This document shows positions 11,947 through 22,018 of a stretch of 64,000 nucleotides of DNA, piece after piece (position 1 is the first letter of the stretch; each line of letters begins with the position of its first letter). The notes beneath the pieces were generated by a model. It searched no databases and had not been told where the DNA came from. It was given only the letters and a program-made list of their open reading frames with translations. Both the position numbers and the translations under genes were made by a program. The stretch comes from Candidatus Dojkabacteria bacterium (GTDB lineage Bacteria; Patescibacteriota; Dojkabacteria; B142; JAFGFJ01), in contig JAFGFJ010000010.1 of the NCBI GenBank assembly GCA_016931155.1, forward strand, positions 564 through 64,563, in the 5' to 3' direction.

Positions 11947-12609
11947 TTATTCAACTACTGTAATAGTCAGTTGTACTTTTTCTAATTTTTCATCCGTTTC
12001 TCTATTCCCAATATCTTTTAGCCAAAGCTGAAGAGTTGAAATACCATGCCCGGATTGTTTTGCAGTATCCATAATTTCAGCTAGTGAGATGGATGGTACA
12101 ATCTTGCCATCAGAACCAAGCATCCCTCTGTCAGTACATCGACAGTTTGAATTGTGACAATATTTATTCGAATCCACAACTTCGAATGAGACATCAGCAA
12201 CATTTGGATTTGATACACTGAGTAGAACTTTATCAGGATCACAATTTTTCAGTACAAAATCGAATACCCTGTCAAAATTCACAACGACAAATGCATTGTC
12301 TATAAATATATTTGGAGAAAAAGCCACAGTCGCTCTACATTGTCCATGATCATTTACCAATCTGGTTCTAACATAAGCTTCCCTACACTCTTTCTCGCCC
12401 TTTTCATTTAATACATCTCCTGTCTGAAGTCTATCGCCCGGAATATAGCTTACACCTTTAACAATTGCACCCATAATGTGGGACAATATCCTTGGAGTAG
12501 ATGTTCTCTCGGGAGTAATATCGGGAGTAATAACAGTACCTTCACTTAATTCTACTGGTATACTCAAATCCCCACTGCTTGATAGCTGTTCACCTTTACC
12601 TAAAGGCAT
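11947..12609 (-). CDS. Hypothetical protein
   Basis: A 220-aa ORF with good coding appearance and no recognisable motifs. Confidence 0.4.
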   Translation of the reverse strand: MPLGKGEQLSSSGDLSIPVELSEGTVITPDITPERTSTPRILSHIMGAIVKGVSYIPGDRLQTGDVLNEKGEKECREAYVRTRLVNDHGQCRATVAFSPNIFIDNAFVVVNFDRVFDFVLKNCDPDKVLLSVSNPNVADVSFEVVDSNKYCHNSNCRCTDRGMLGSDGKIVPSISLAEIMDTAKQSGHGISTLQLWLKDIGNRETDEKLEKVQLTITVVE

Positions 12610-12775
12610 AAATGATGTGATAAAAAATATTGATTGGGCAATTGATAGTGCTGGATTATATCACCGGACAAAGTCATCTTCAATGCTTTAGGTAACACTT
12701 TCCATCTATCTAAAAATCTACAGGCTTCTCCCATAGATTTATAATCCGTTACACTAATAGATTATTTACTTCAAA

Positions 12776-15613
12776 TCAGCTCTTAAGCTCAGCCCAGTTT
12801 TTTCCAAATCCAACATCCACCGCCATTGGCACATCAAGTTTTGCACATTCCATCATTATCTTTTCAATTGTCTCAATAACCCCTTTATATTTTTTATCCT
12901 CCATCAAAATTTCCTTCTTTGACTCACCTTGAACTTCAAAAACAAGTTCATCGTGCACCTGCAAAATCATCTTTATATTTGTATTTTTTGTGAATTCGTC
13001 AATTTCTATCATTGCCATTTTTATCTGGTCGGCAGCTGTTCCCTGAATCGGGAAATTTATTACCTCCCTTTCTGTTGCAGATCTTATCCGGAAATTGGGA
13101 GACATAAGTCCAGAAGTCTCCCGCCTTCTTCCATACAAAGTTTCTACAAAACCTTTTTTCCCCACTTCATTGAGTAGCCTGTCAAAATAGTCCCTTACCC
13201 CGGGATAAGTTTCAAAATATGTATTTATAAATTCCTGTGCCAATTCTCTTTCAATCTTCAGTCTGTCAGAAAGTCCAAATGCTGAGATTCCGTATATCAC
13301 ACTGAAATTAATCGTCTTCCCACTTGATCTTTCCTCTCTCGTCACGTCTTTCAAATCCTTGTTGAAAATTTTTGATGCAGTAAGAGCATGTACATCAACA
13401 CCATTTTTGTAAGCCTCTTCCAGTGCTTTATCTTTAGTAAGGTGAGCAAGTATTCGGAGCTCCTGTTGTGAATAGTCAAATGCTATAAGAATATTCTTAT
13501 TGTCCGCAACAAAGGATTTCCTGATCTCCTGACCAATGTTTGTTGCAACAGGAATATTTTGTAGATTAGGATTTGTTGAAGAAAGCCTGCCGGTTGAGGC
13601 AATCGTCTGATTGTAGGAGGTATGAATCCTGCCTGTATGTTTATTTACACAATCAATCAAAGCATCAGTATATGTTGAATTCAATTTCGAAAGTTCGCGA
13701 TAATCAAGTAGCTTTGGAACCATCGGATGGGACTCTTTATAGTCACGAAGTATCCGCTCATCTGTCGAGTATCCACCCGTCTTTGTTTTCTTTCCTCCAG
13801 GGAGCCCCAATTCCTCAAAAAGTACCTGCCCCACTTGCTTTGGAGATTCGATATTAAATTCATGCCCCACATCCTTAAAAATACTTTCCCTTAACTTTGC
13901 AATACTTTCTTCCAATGTCCTTTTAAAATTCTTTAGATAGTCTTTATTGAGTTTCACCCCGTTTCTCTCCATTCTCAAAAGCACCTTGGTGGTGGGCATC
14001 TCAATATCATAAAAGAGCCGGGTCTGATTCCACCCATCTTTGCCGGATTTCTGGGAGAGCTCATTTACAAACTTTTTATAAAGCTTCCATGTCGCATCAG
14101 CATCGGCACATGCATAGTACCCAAGAGTTTCCAGATCCACATTTTTGATATCAAAATCTCTCGCCCTGGAAGAAAAAACGCTTTCAAAATCTTCAAGCTC
14201 CATCCCGAGATGGTTGAATGCCAGATCTTTAAGACCGTTTCTTCCATTCCCACCAGATAGCACATAATTTGCAATCATGGTATCAAAATAGACTCCTTTA
14301 AGGGTTATCCCAAAGTTTTCTAAAATGTGCATATCATATTTAATATTATGAGCAATTTTTTTGATCTTTTGATTTTCAAAGATTTTCTTGAGCTTCCTCT
14401 TTATTTCAGGAGTAATGAGTTTGACAGGAAGATAAAATGCCTCATTTTCCGTAAAACAGAAAGACATTCCTACTACTTTGGCTTCCATAAAGTCCAGGGA
14501 TGTTGTTTCAGTATCAAATGCATACTTCTCTTGTGTAGAAAGGTTTGAGATAAATTTTCCCACACCCTTTTTCGAGAGGATTATATACCCTTGCCTGGAA
14601 GAATTATTTACGGGTTTCTCTCTATCCCTGTCTTCTTTTGGAAAGATCTCCATCCCCGTAAACATACTATGCTGAAAGGCCTCTGCCCTCATTCCCACTC
14701 TTTCCTTTTCTTTGGTATTTTCTTCTTCCCCATTTTTACTTTTTGGAAGTTTTACAAGAAGTGACCTGAATTCAAGCTCTTGAAATAATTTTTTAACCTC
14801 AGAAATATTGTAATCCTGAAGCTCTGCCTCTCTTAAATCAAATTCAATTGGGACATTTCTATCTATTGTAGCCAGCATTTTACTAAGTTCTGCTTGTTCA
14901 ATCCCTTCCTGTAATTTCTTCTTAAGCCCTACTGGCTCTACTTTTTCAATGTTCTTGTAAATATTATCCAAATGTCCGAATTTAGTTATAAGGTCGGTAG
15001 CACCTTTATCTCCAATCCCCTTTACTCCGGGAATATTATCTGATGGATCTCCTTTCAAGGCTTTGAAATCAACAACAAAATCGGGACCGAAACCCATCTT
15101 TTCTTTTACCTCTTCAGCAGTATACAACTGCGACTGACTGAAACTCCCGCCTGACATATAAACCTTTGTATCGTTATCAACCAGCTGAAAAATGTCTTTA
15201 TCGCCGGTTACTATTATTTTTTCATACTTCCCTCCGTTGAATTTTTCGACGATTGTCCCGATTACGTCATCAGCTTCAAAACCTTCAACTTCAAGAATTG
15301 GAATATTAAAGGCTTTTACAATTTCTTTTACTCTTGGAAACTGATTTCTAAGTTCTGTATCAACTTCTGGTCTCTGCGCTTTATAATTTGCATACTGACT
15401 GAGCCTCACCGTAGGTTTCCTGTCAAAAGCGGCAACAACATACTCAGGATGAAATTTTTCCAGAACTTCGAGAAGCAGCTTTGTAAAACCGTAAACGGCA
15501 TTCACCTGCTCACCTTTTGTTGTTGCAATGTTTGGGGGAAACGCATGATATGCACGATGAACCAATGCGTGGGAATCGATAAGAAGAATTGTACCCCTCA
15601 AGCCTTTTGCCAT
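12776..15613 (-). CDS. polA: DNA polymerase I (5'-3' exonuclease plus Klenow-like polymerase)
   Basis: The 945-aa ORF has an N-terminal 5'-3' exonuclease block (LIDSHALVHRAYHAF) and polymerase motifs RRETSGLMSPNFRIRSATEREVINFPIQGTAAD and ILQVHDELVFE. Confidence 0.9.
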   Translation of the reverse strand: MAKGLRGTILLIDSHALVHRAYHAFPPNIATTKGEQVNAVYGFTKLLLEVLEKFHPEYVVAAFDRKPTVRLSQYANYKAQRPEVDTELRNQFPRVKEIVKAFNIPILEVEGFEADDVIGTIVEKFNGGKYEKIIVTGDKDIFQLVDNDTKVYMSGGSFSQSQLYTAEEVKEKMGFGPDFVVDFKALKGDPSDNIPGVKGIGDKGATDLITKFGHLDNIYKNIEKVEPVGLKKKLQEGIEQAELSKMLATIDRNVPIEFDLREAELQDYNISEVKKLFQELEFRSLLVKLPKSKNGEEENTKEKERVGMRAEAFQHSMFTGMEIFPKEDRDREKPVNNSSRQGYIILSKKGVGKFISNLSTQEKYAFDTETTSLDFMEAKVVGMSFCFTENEAFYLPVKLITPEIKRKLKKIFENQKIKKIAHNIKYDMHILENFGITLKGVYFDTMIANYVLSGGNGRNGLKDLAFNHLGMELEDFESVFSSRARDFDIKNVDLETLGYYACADADATWKLYKKFVNELSQKSGKDGWNQTRLFYDIEMPTTKVLLRMERNGVKLNKDYLKNFKRTLEESIAKLRESIFKDVGHEFNIESPKQVGQVLFEELGLPGGKKTKTGGYSTDERILRDYKESHPMVPKLLDYRELSKLNSTYTDALIDCVNKHTGRIHTSYNQTIASTGRLSSTNPNLQNIPVATNIGQEIRKSFVADNKNILIAFDYSQQELRILAHLTKDKALEEAYKNGVDVHALTASKIFNKDLKDVTREERSSGKTINFSVIYGISAFGLSDRLKIERELAQEFINTYFETYPGVRDYFDRLLNEVGKKGFVETLYGRRRETSGLMSPNFRIRSATEREVINFPIQGTAADQIKMAMIEIDEFTKNTNIKMILQVHDELVFEVQGESKKEILMEDKKYKGVIETIEKIMMECAKLDVPMAVDVGFGKNWAELKS

Positions 15614-15627
15614 ACAAAATTATACGG

Positions 15628-17904
15628 CTATTTGATCAAAGCCTCAAATTCTTCACTTTCAATCACTTCTCTTTCAAGGAGAAACTTGACCAGTTTGTTA
15701 AGCTTGGCTTTGTGCTTGATTATTATTGCTTTTGCTTCCGAATACGCCTCATTAATAATTCTCTTAACTTCTGCATCTATTTGATTTGCTGTTTCTTCCG
15801 AATAGTCCCTCTGCTCACCATATCCATACCCGAGATACTGAAGCTCGTTTGATTCACCATATTTCACAAGACCAAGTTTTTTGCTCATTCCAAACCTTTT
15901 TATCATATTTCTAGCAATTGAAGTTGCCTTTTCAATGTCGTTTGAAGCTCCACTTGTCACATCTTTATAAATAATCTCTTCAGCTGCTCTTCCTCCCATC
16001 AACACCTTAAGCCTTGACATCATTTCTTCTTCAGTCTGCTGAAGCTTATCTTCCTGGGGAAGTTGCATTGTGCTTCCGAGTGAAAGCCCTCTTGATATTA
16101 TGGTAATACGATGCACCGGATCCGATTTTGGAGTATATTTTGCAACAAGAGCGTGCCCTGCCTCATGATATGCAGTCATCTTCAGTTCTTCCTCTGTTCT
16201 CTTTCTCTTCTTTTCAGGTCCAAGAGAAACTTTTGTTGCCGCCTCTTCTATATCATGAGAATTAACTTCCTGTCTGTTAGCTTTTGCAGTAATAATTGCA
16301 GCTTCATTCAGCATATTTTCAAGATCAGCTCCCGAAAAGCCTACAGTTCTTTTTGCAACCCTTTCGAGGTCTACATCTTTTGCAAGAGGCTTATTCTCAG
16401 AATGGATTTTTAAAATCTGTTTTCTTCCTTCGATATCAGGAAGATCAAGAACAATCCTTCTATCAAACCTGCCCGGTCTCAAAATGGCCGGATCAAGAAC
16501 ATCTGGTCTGTTTGTAGCGGCAATTACAATAACTTCTGTGTTTTTCTCAAATCCATCCATTTCAACAAGTATTTGATTTAATGTCTGCTCAGTGGTGCTT
16601 GACTGGATGGTAGTTCCTCTCTTCCTGGCGAGTGCGTCAATTTCGTCGATAAATATAAGTGCAGGTGCCGCTTTTTTTGCTTTAGCAAAAAGGTCACGAA
16701 CCCTTGAGGCTCCGGCTCCAACAAGCATTTCTTCAAATTCTGCCCCAGACGTATGAAAAAATGGAACACCAGCTTCTCCTGCAATTGCTCTTGCTAATAG
16801 CGTTTTTCCCGTTCCAGGAGATCCAACCATAAGGACTCCCTTAGGGATCCTAGCCCCCATTTTCAAAAACTTTGCGGGGTGTTTTAAGAACATAACAATT
16901 TCATTCAGCTCCTCCTTCGCTTCATCAACTCCAGCAACATCCTCAAAGGTTACTTCAGGCTTTCTTCCAAAAAACATCCTCGCCCTGCTTTCGCCGAACT
17001 GCGAAAGCTTGCTGCCTGAACCTTGTATTCCTCTAATAAGGAAAAATGCAATAAGGACAAGTCCCAAAAGACTGATCAAAGAAACTATATCACCCCATGG
17101 AATCTTCGTTGTCTGCACCGAATTAATCTGAACATTAATTGAGTCAAATGATATTCCCTCGTCCTGCAAAAATCTTGCAAAATCCTCTGTAAAATTTGTA
17201 TTTACATACTCTCTTGAAAAATTTTTCGTATTGAGAAGAGCATAAGTATTTCCCTCCAGTATCCAGACATCAGAAATTCCACCATTTCGAAACACTGACT
17301 TTATTTCTTCAACAGAAGAATCTTTACTGGCACTTTTTAGAAAATATACTTTTGCTGAAAGATTCGAGATATTCAATCCTTTTTCGTTCAAACCGCTCCG
17401 AAATTTCTCTTCATCGATCTCTCTCACCAGATAGTCCTCACCATTTTTTTTGAGTCTTTTGCCTATGATAAAATCGTTGCCGACTACAATTTCCGTAACG
17501 TCCTTACTGTCATCTCCTTTAAATGCGTTGATAACATCATTGAATGTTGGCGGTTTAATCAAGGTAGAAAATTCATCAAAGGAAATCTCCTTGAATTCCC
17601 CCTCTTTCACTGTATCTGCATTTTCAAGGTCAGAAATATCAACAGTACCTTCTACCTGAAAAATAAATTTTGATAGCCCGACTGCCTTTCTATCATCCCT
17701 GATATCCATAACCGCATATTTATTGTTTTTCAAATTTGCCTCAAATTCACTTATAGTAATCTCATCGCCCAAATTATTTTCTTGCGATCTTGTATACATC
17801 CCCAGACCGATAAATCCAAAGAAAATCAAAACTGAAATGATGAACATGGGACTGATTCTAATCCTAAGTGTTTTCATCCTGTTGTTGTTTTTTTTGTAAT
17901 CCAT
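15628..17904 (-). CDS. ftsH: ATP-dependent zinc metalloprotease FtsH with an enlarged periplasmic domain
   Basis: The 758-aa ORF has Walker [19 protein letters not shown], the AAA second region of homology, and the zinc motif HEAGHA. The N-terminal TM is followed by an extracytoplasmic region of about 230 aa and a second TM. Confidence 0.9.
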   Translation of the reverse strand: MDYKKNNNRMKTLRIRISPMFIISVLIFFGFIGLGMYTRSQENNLGDEITISEFEANLKNNKYAVMDIRDDRKAVGLSKFIFQVEGTVDISDLENADTVKEGEFKEISFDEFSTLIKPPTFNDVINAFKGDDSKDVTEIVVGNDFIIGKRLKKNGEDYLVREIDEEKFRSGLNEKGLNISNLSAKVYFLKSASKDSSVEEIKSVFRNGGISDVWILEGNTYALLNTKNFSREYVNTNFTEDFARFLQDEGISFDSINVQINSVQTTKIPWGDIVSLISLLGLVLIAFFLIRGIQGSGSKLSQFGESRARMFFGRKPEVTFEDVAGVDEAKEELNEIVMFLKHPAKFLKMGARIPKGVLMVGSPGTGKTLLARAIAGEAGVPFFHTSGAEFEEMLVGAGASRVRDLFAKAKKAAPALIFIDEIDALARKRGTTIQSSTTEQTLNQILVEMDGFEKNTEVIVIAATNRPDVLDPAILRPGRFDRRIVLDLPDIEGRKQILKIHSENKPLAKDVDLERVAKRTVGFSGADLENMLNEAAIITAKANRQEVNSHDIEEAATKVSLGPEKKRKRTEEELKMTAYHEAGHALVAKYTPKSDPVHRITIISRGLSLGSTMQLPQEDKLQQTEEEMMSRLKVLMGGRAAEEIIYKDVTSGASNDIEKATSIARNMIKRFGMSKKLGLVKYGESNELQYLGYGYGEQRDYSEETANQIDAEVKRIINEAYSEAKAIIIKHKAKLNKLVKFLLEREVIESEEFEALIK

Positions 17905-17929
17905 AAAATTTCTGCAGAAATAATATCGA

Positions 17930-18006
17930 TGGTAGCAAGGGTGGGGATCGAACCCACGACCTCGGGCTTATGAGTCCCGCGCTCTAACCAACTGAGCTAC
18001 CTTGCT
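17930..18006 (-). tRNA. tRNA-Met (anticodon CAU), probably elongator. tRNA-Ile2 (lysidine) cannot be excluded.
   Basis: The reverse complement reads AGCAAGGTAGCTCAGTTGGTTAGAGCGCGGGACTCATAAGCCCGAGGTCGTGGGTTCGATCCCCACCCTTGCTACCA. The anticodon loop is CTCATAA, the A1:U72 pair is intact, and CCA is encoded. Confidence 0.75.
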
Positions 18007-18120
18007 TCAATCGTGGAACCCAAGAATTATACACTAGTAAGTGCATATGAAGAAAGAATTTTACTGCGGTCAATCACAGGCAACCCCAAACTCACCGAAT
18101 AAATCAGCAATACCGGCGTT

Positions 18121-19152
18121 TCAAACATTCAGTTGATTTCTGATCCCAAGAGTTTCATAAACCTCAGTCATCGTCTTTTTAGAGATTTCCCCCGCTTTCT
18201 CCGCTCCTTTTTCCAGGATTTCTCTAACCAGATCCAGATTATTTTCAAGCTCTTTTCTTCTCTTTCTTGCAGGATCAAAAAGCCTCATATGCGCCGTAAA
18301 AAGCCTATCCTTCACCTCGACATCTCCAACTTTCCCCTCTCTATACCTCTTTTTCAAGTCTTCTACTTCGGATTTGTCGTCATTTATCAAGTCGTGATAT
18401 TGAAAAACAGGATTTCCTTCCACCTTTCCTGGATCCGTTGATTTTTTCCTGTTTGGATCTGTATACGAACTCATTATCTGCTTCTTTATTAAGCTTTCAT
18501 CCTCAAAAATTCCAATTATATTTCCAAGACTTTTACTCATTTTCCTTTTTCCGTCCGTCCCGACTATTTTTCCTGTCTCTTTCGAAATAACCGCCTCAGG
18601 AAGCGGAAAAATCTCTTTCCCATAGGCTTTATTGAAGCTTTCCGCCATATCTCTTGTTATCTCTACATGCTGTCTCTGATCCTCACCAACAGGAACACCA
18701 TCAGGCTTGTAAAGAAGAATATCCGCCGCCATAAGAATTGGGTAATTGAAAAGGCCCATATTTATAGAGTCCTGATTTGTACCTTTTTGAAGTTTGTCTT
18801 TGAATGCGTGCATCCTTTTCATATGCCCGTAAGAAATATAGTTTCCCAGAACAACGGTCAGAAGTGAATGCTCAGGAACATCCGACTGCCTGAAGAATGT
18901 AGCTTTATCCGGATCGAGTCCAAGAGCAAGGTAATCCAGAACCACATTTGTTATGTTACCTTTTAGCTCTTCGCTGTTATGAACAGTGGTAAGTGCATGC
19001 AAATCAGCAATGAAAAGAAATGCGCCACCGGAGTTTTCCTGAAGCTCAATTGCAGGCTTTGCCATGCCAAAGTAGTTTCCGATATGCATGGAAGAGCCAC
19101 TCGGAGTTATTCCGGAAACTACACGATAATTTCCACTCTTTATTTTATCCAT
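18121..19152 (-). CDS. trpS: Tryptophanyl-tRNA synthetase
   Basis: The 343-aa class I aaRS has the HIGH-type motif SGITPSGSSMHIGNYFG and a KMSKS motif. Its size is typical of TrpRS rather than TyrRS. Confidence 0.8.
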   Translation of the reverse strand: MDKIKSGNYRVVSGITPSGSSMHIGNYFGMAKPAIELQENSGGAFLFIADLHALTTVHNSEELKGNITNVVLDYLALGLDPDKATFFRQSDVPEHSLLTVVLGNYISYGHMKRMHAFKDKLQKGTNQDSINMGLFNYPILMAADILLYKPDGVPVGEDQRQHVEITRDMAESFNKAYGKEIFPLPEAVISKETGKIVGTDGKRKMSKSLGNIIGIFEDESLIKKQIMSSYTDPNRKKSTDPGKVEGNPVFQYHDLINDDKSEVEDLKKRYREGKVGDVEVKDRLFTAHMRLFDPARKRRKELENNLDLVREILEKGAEKAGEISKKTMTEVYETLGIRNQLNV

Positions 19153-19617
19153 TTTATTTTTGTTTTAATTTAATTAAGAATTTGTCCGGTCATTCTGATA
19201 CTCTTTTACTCATTTTGACACAGTGGAGCTTTGATAATACTTGACTGACTCCGCCTTTCTTTTGTCCGCAAGTCTATAGCCGGTCAGATTTTATCAATAA
19301 TTTTTCTACTCGCAATCTTGTCAAAATTAGAGTCAAAAAAAGACCCTTGAAAATCCCCGAACTTCGGAAATTTTCAAGGGTCCTAAATCTAGGAGGTGCC
19401 ACCCTTTCTTGTCTGATTATTTCTAATCAGACCTTTGTGACTGATAATTATCAGTCCGGATTTCTAACGGTTTCCTTCCGGAGCTTCCTACTCTTTCTCA
19501 AAAGCCTTACAGGACTTAAAAGAAGCTTCAGAAGTCAGCTCAAGGGCCCATTCTCCCCTTCATTGCTTTTCTATGGAATTATATCATAAAAAAGATTAAA
19601 ATCTGTCATACTTAAGT

Positions 19618-20166
19618 TTGCTCCAATTTGCTCCAATGAAAAAAATTCTCATTCTTCTGAGTATTTTTTTGCTTGTTACGGTTATTTCTATTCTTGCCTG
19701 CTTTCTCGTCTATCAAAATTATTTTAAAAAGTATGAATACAACGGAAGATTTTACAGGGTCGGTGAGGGTTTTACGCATATGGATGGGTGTAACTCGTGC
19801 TCATTTACAAAAAAGGGAGAAATGATCTGCACTTTAATGGCTTGTGATAGTGACGAAATTCTAGATGGCGGAATAGAAGATGGCAAGGTTCGTTTGGATT
19901 TCACTTACAAAAACGATGTTTACAAGTACACAGGAGCCGTGCAAAAGCCTACCCCATGTGATGGGGTCACAACCGATGCAATCGTAAGAGAGTCTTCCCC
20001 CGAGCAGGTCACGTTGCAGATTGTCATTGAGCCAAGTGACCAGATATGCGCACAAGTAATTACAGAGGAAGAAATATCAGGGGAAATAAAAGTAAGCAAG
20101 CAGGCCAGGATAGAGGTCACGCTGAATGGAGAAACTGTGAGAGGAGAGGGAGTAAATAATAATTAA
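19618..20166 (+). CDS. Hypothetical membrane-anchored Cys-containing protein
   Basis: The 182-aa ORF has an N-terminal TM ILILLSIFLLVTVISILACFLV followed by a Cys-rich soluble domain. Confidence 0.45.
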   Translation: MLQFAPMKKILILLSIFLLVTVISILACFLVYQNYFKKYEYNGRFYRVGEGFTHMDGCNSCSFTKKGEMICTLMACDSDEILDGGIEDGKVRLDFTYKNDVYKYTGAVQKPTPCDGVTTDAIVRESSPEQVTLQIVIEPSDQICAQVITEEEISGEIKVSKQARIEVTLNGETVRGEGVNNN

Positions 20167-20179
20167 TAATGTTTTAATA

Positions 20180-20776
20180 ATGACCGAAGTTTATCAACCA
20201 GAACAGCTAGTGGAGACTGTCAGGGCATATTTTTTGTCTGTTGTAGAAAAAGCTCCTGACTCAAACAGGAGGGCAAAATATATGCCTCATCATATAGAAA
20301 AAGTTGAAGGCCACGCAAGAGAGCTTCAAAAAATGAATCCTACAGCTGACCACGCTGTTGTTCACATAAGTGTACTTCTTCACGACATAGGTGCCATTCT
20401 TGGAGATCCAGAAGCTGACCACGCAGTAAATTCTGAGATAGAAGCAAGGCGCTTTCTGGGTGGGATATCGGGTGACAAAGAACTAATTGAGACAGTAGCC
20501 CACTGCGTAAGAGCTCACAGAAATGGAGATGTGAAGCCGGAGACACTCGAAGCGAAAATTCTTGTTACTGCAGACTCTGCAAGCCACTTAACCGACGGAA
20601 TCTATATTGAACTAGTTTTAAGAGATGGAACAGAAAAGGCAAAGGAAAAGCTTGAAAGGGATGTCCGCGACCTGGGACTATTTCCTGAGTACGAAGAAAA
20701 GATGAGACCATTATATGAAGCCTGGCAAAACCTGCTCGATGTTTTTCCTGAATCTTCTAATAGTTCCCGGGAATAA
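20180..20776 (+). CDS. HD-domain metal-dependent phosphohydrolase
   Basis: The 198-aa ORF has the motifs ...HHIEKVEGHAREL... and VLLHDIGA (an H...HD pattern). Confidence 0.6.
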   Translation: MTEVYQPEQLVETVRAYFLSVVEKAPDSNRRAKYMPHHIEKVEGHARELQKMNPTADHAVVHISVLLHDIGAILGDPEADHAVNSEIEARRFLGGISGDKELIETVAHCVRAHRNGDVKPETLEAKILVTADSASHLTDGIYIELVLRDGTEKAKEKLERDVRDLGLFPEYEEKMRPLYEAWQNLLDVFPESSNSSRE

Positions 20777-20795
20777 TAATGGTTTCTCAGTACAA

Positions 20796-20870
20796 TGGTT
20801 GCGGGGGTACGATTCGAACGTACGACCTTCAGGTTATGAGCCTGACGAGCTGCCACTGCTCCACCCCGCG
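20796..20870 (-). tRNA. Initiator tRNA-fMet (anticodon CAU)
   Basis: The reverse complement reads CGCGGGGTGGAGCAGTGGCAGCTCGTCAGGCTCATAACCTGAAGGTCGTACGTTCGAATCGTACCCCCGCAACCA, which closely resembles E. coli tRNA-fMet. It has a C1xA72 mismatch, three G:C pairs closing the anticodon stem, and an encoded CCA. Confidence 0.9.
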
Positions 20871-20986
20871 GTGACACTGGATGATACTACATTTAGAATA
20901 GTTTAAGCAATCAGACAAACTGGACGCATTGCTAATCTAAGGCTTATAAAGTATAATCTCTGCAATTAAATACTTACTGAAGCCAG

Positions 20987-21526
20987 ATGAGTGGACCGCA
21001 TACAAACCTCGATATCCTTCAGGAAGAATATCTAAAAACAGCCGCTAATGTTCAGGATCCCCTTCTTTTTGTAAAAAGTGATGTTGAAATACTCAGGTCT
21101 ATTGCAGAAAAGTCAGATTTGGAGAACTTACAAAACTACAAACGAAAGGAAGATGTAAAACTGCTGTACGAAGTGGCTATGAAATCAGCCCCAAAGGGCT
21201 CAGAGGTACTAAGCACAGATAAGAAAATAGGAGAAAAGGCAAGGAAAGAAATACTACTTGGAATAATCTCCCTCTTAGGAGGGTATCACGAATCACATGA
21301 GGAAAGCTTAATGCACTCACAAGATAGGCTTGAGAGATTTTTGACGCTTCAAAGAGTCGACATACTCAGAGATAGCGTAAGAAATGCTTATCTACACATA
21401 CTAAATCGCTCTTCATCAGAAGTTGATTTTGGCAAATACTTCCCAGGATTATCTGAAGAAGCAGTCCAAGAAAATTTAGATGGGGAACAAGAATCAGATC
21501 CTTCACCGCCCCCAATATTATCATAA
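20987..21526 (+). CDS. Hypothetical protein, first gene of a three-gene operon
   Basis: A 179-aa ORF whose stop overlaps the next start in an ATGA arrangement. It is acidic at the C-terminus. Confidence 0.5.
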   Translation: MSGPHTNLDILQEEYLKTAANVQDPLLFVKSDVEILRSIAEKSDLENLQNYKRKEDVKLLYEVAMKSAPKGSEVLSTDKKIGEKARKEILLGIISLLGGYHESHEESLMHSQDRLERFLTLQRVDILRDSVRNAYLHILNRSSSEVDFGKYFPGLSEEAVQENLDGEQESDPSPPPILS

Positions 21527-22008
21527 TGAGCGATTTAGACCCAGGAATTGAAAAATTGTCTGAGAAACCAGGTCCAGGAACTAGAGAGTCTATCAATAAC
21601 GTTCATCTTATCTGCAGTTTTCTCCTACCCACCACTGATAATCCTATCTGGCAAAATAGAGTTAAAAATGGTTCCGGGGAACTCTGGGAATTTGCATTTG
21701 GGAGACTTATTCATCAAGATAAATTAATCACAAGAGGGCTCATGCCTTCTGATACAATTTCCGTAGAGTCAAAAGCGAAGTGGTTCCCTAATGAGGAAAA
21801 TCTTCTTGTTAAACTCAATAGAATCAGTGCAGAGAATTACTCACTTTCTATTTATAGAGATTATGTTATTAAAGCTAAAATTCTATTCGGGGAGGGCGAC
21901 ATAATTCTTGAAATAGACAGGGAGCTTGCAACTAACCCAATAGAAAGGCAAAAGCTCCTTATTTTAGCTATGCTTACCCTTAGAAAAGAGCTAGAATCTA
22001 CAAGATAA
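21526..22008 (+). CDS. Hypothetical protein, second gene of the operon
   Basis: A 160-aa ORF that is translationally coupled to its neighbours. Confidence 0.5.
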   Translation: MSDLDPGIEKLSEKPGPGTRESINNVHLICSFLLPTTDNPIWQNRVKNGSGELWEFAFGRLIHQDKLITRGLMPSDTISVESKAKWFPNEENLLVKLNRISAENYSLSIYRDYVIKAKILFGEGDIILEIDRELATNPIERQKLLILAMLTLRKELESTR

Positions 22009-22018
22009 AAAGAATCAA

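Noticed and set aside
19456-19481. Possible SRP RNA domain IV-like sequence (CCGGAAGGAAAC on the minus strand)
   Set aside because: It matches only part of the conserved GGUCCGGAAGGAAGCAGCC element and lacks the flanking symmetric-loop sequence. There is not enough evidence to call 4.5S/SRP RNA.
19347-19589. Plus-strand ORF 19347..19589 (80 aa) in the hairpin-rich intergenic region
   Set aside because: Its translation is junk-like (LSCLIISNQTFVTDNYQSG...) and it spans four strong RNA hairpins. It is treated as non-coding.
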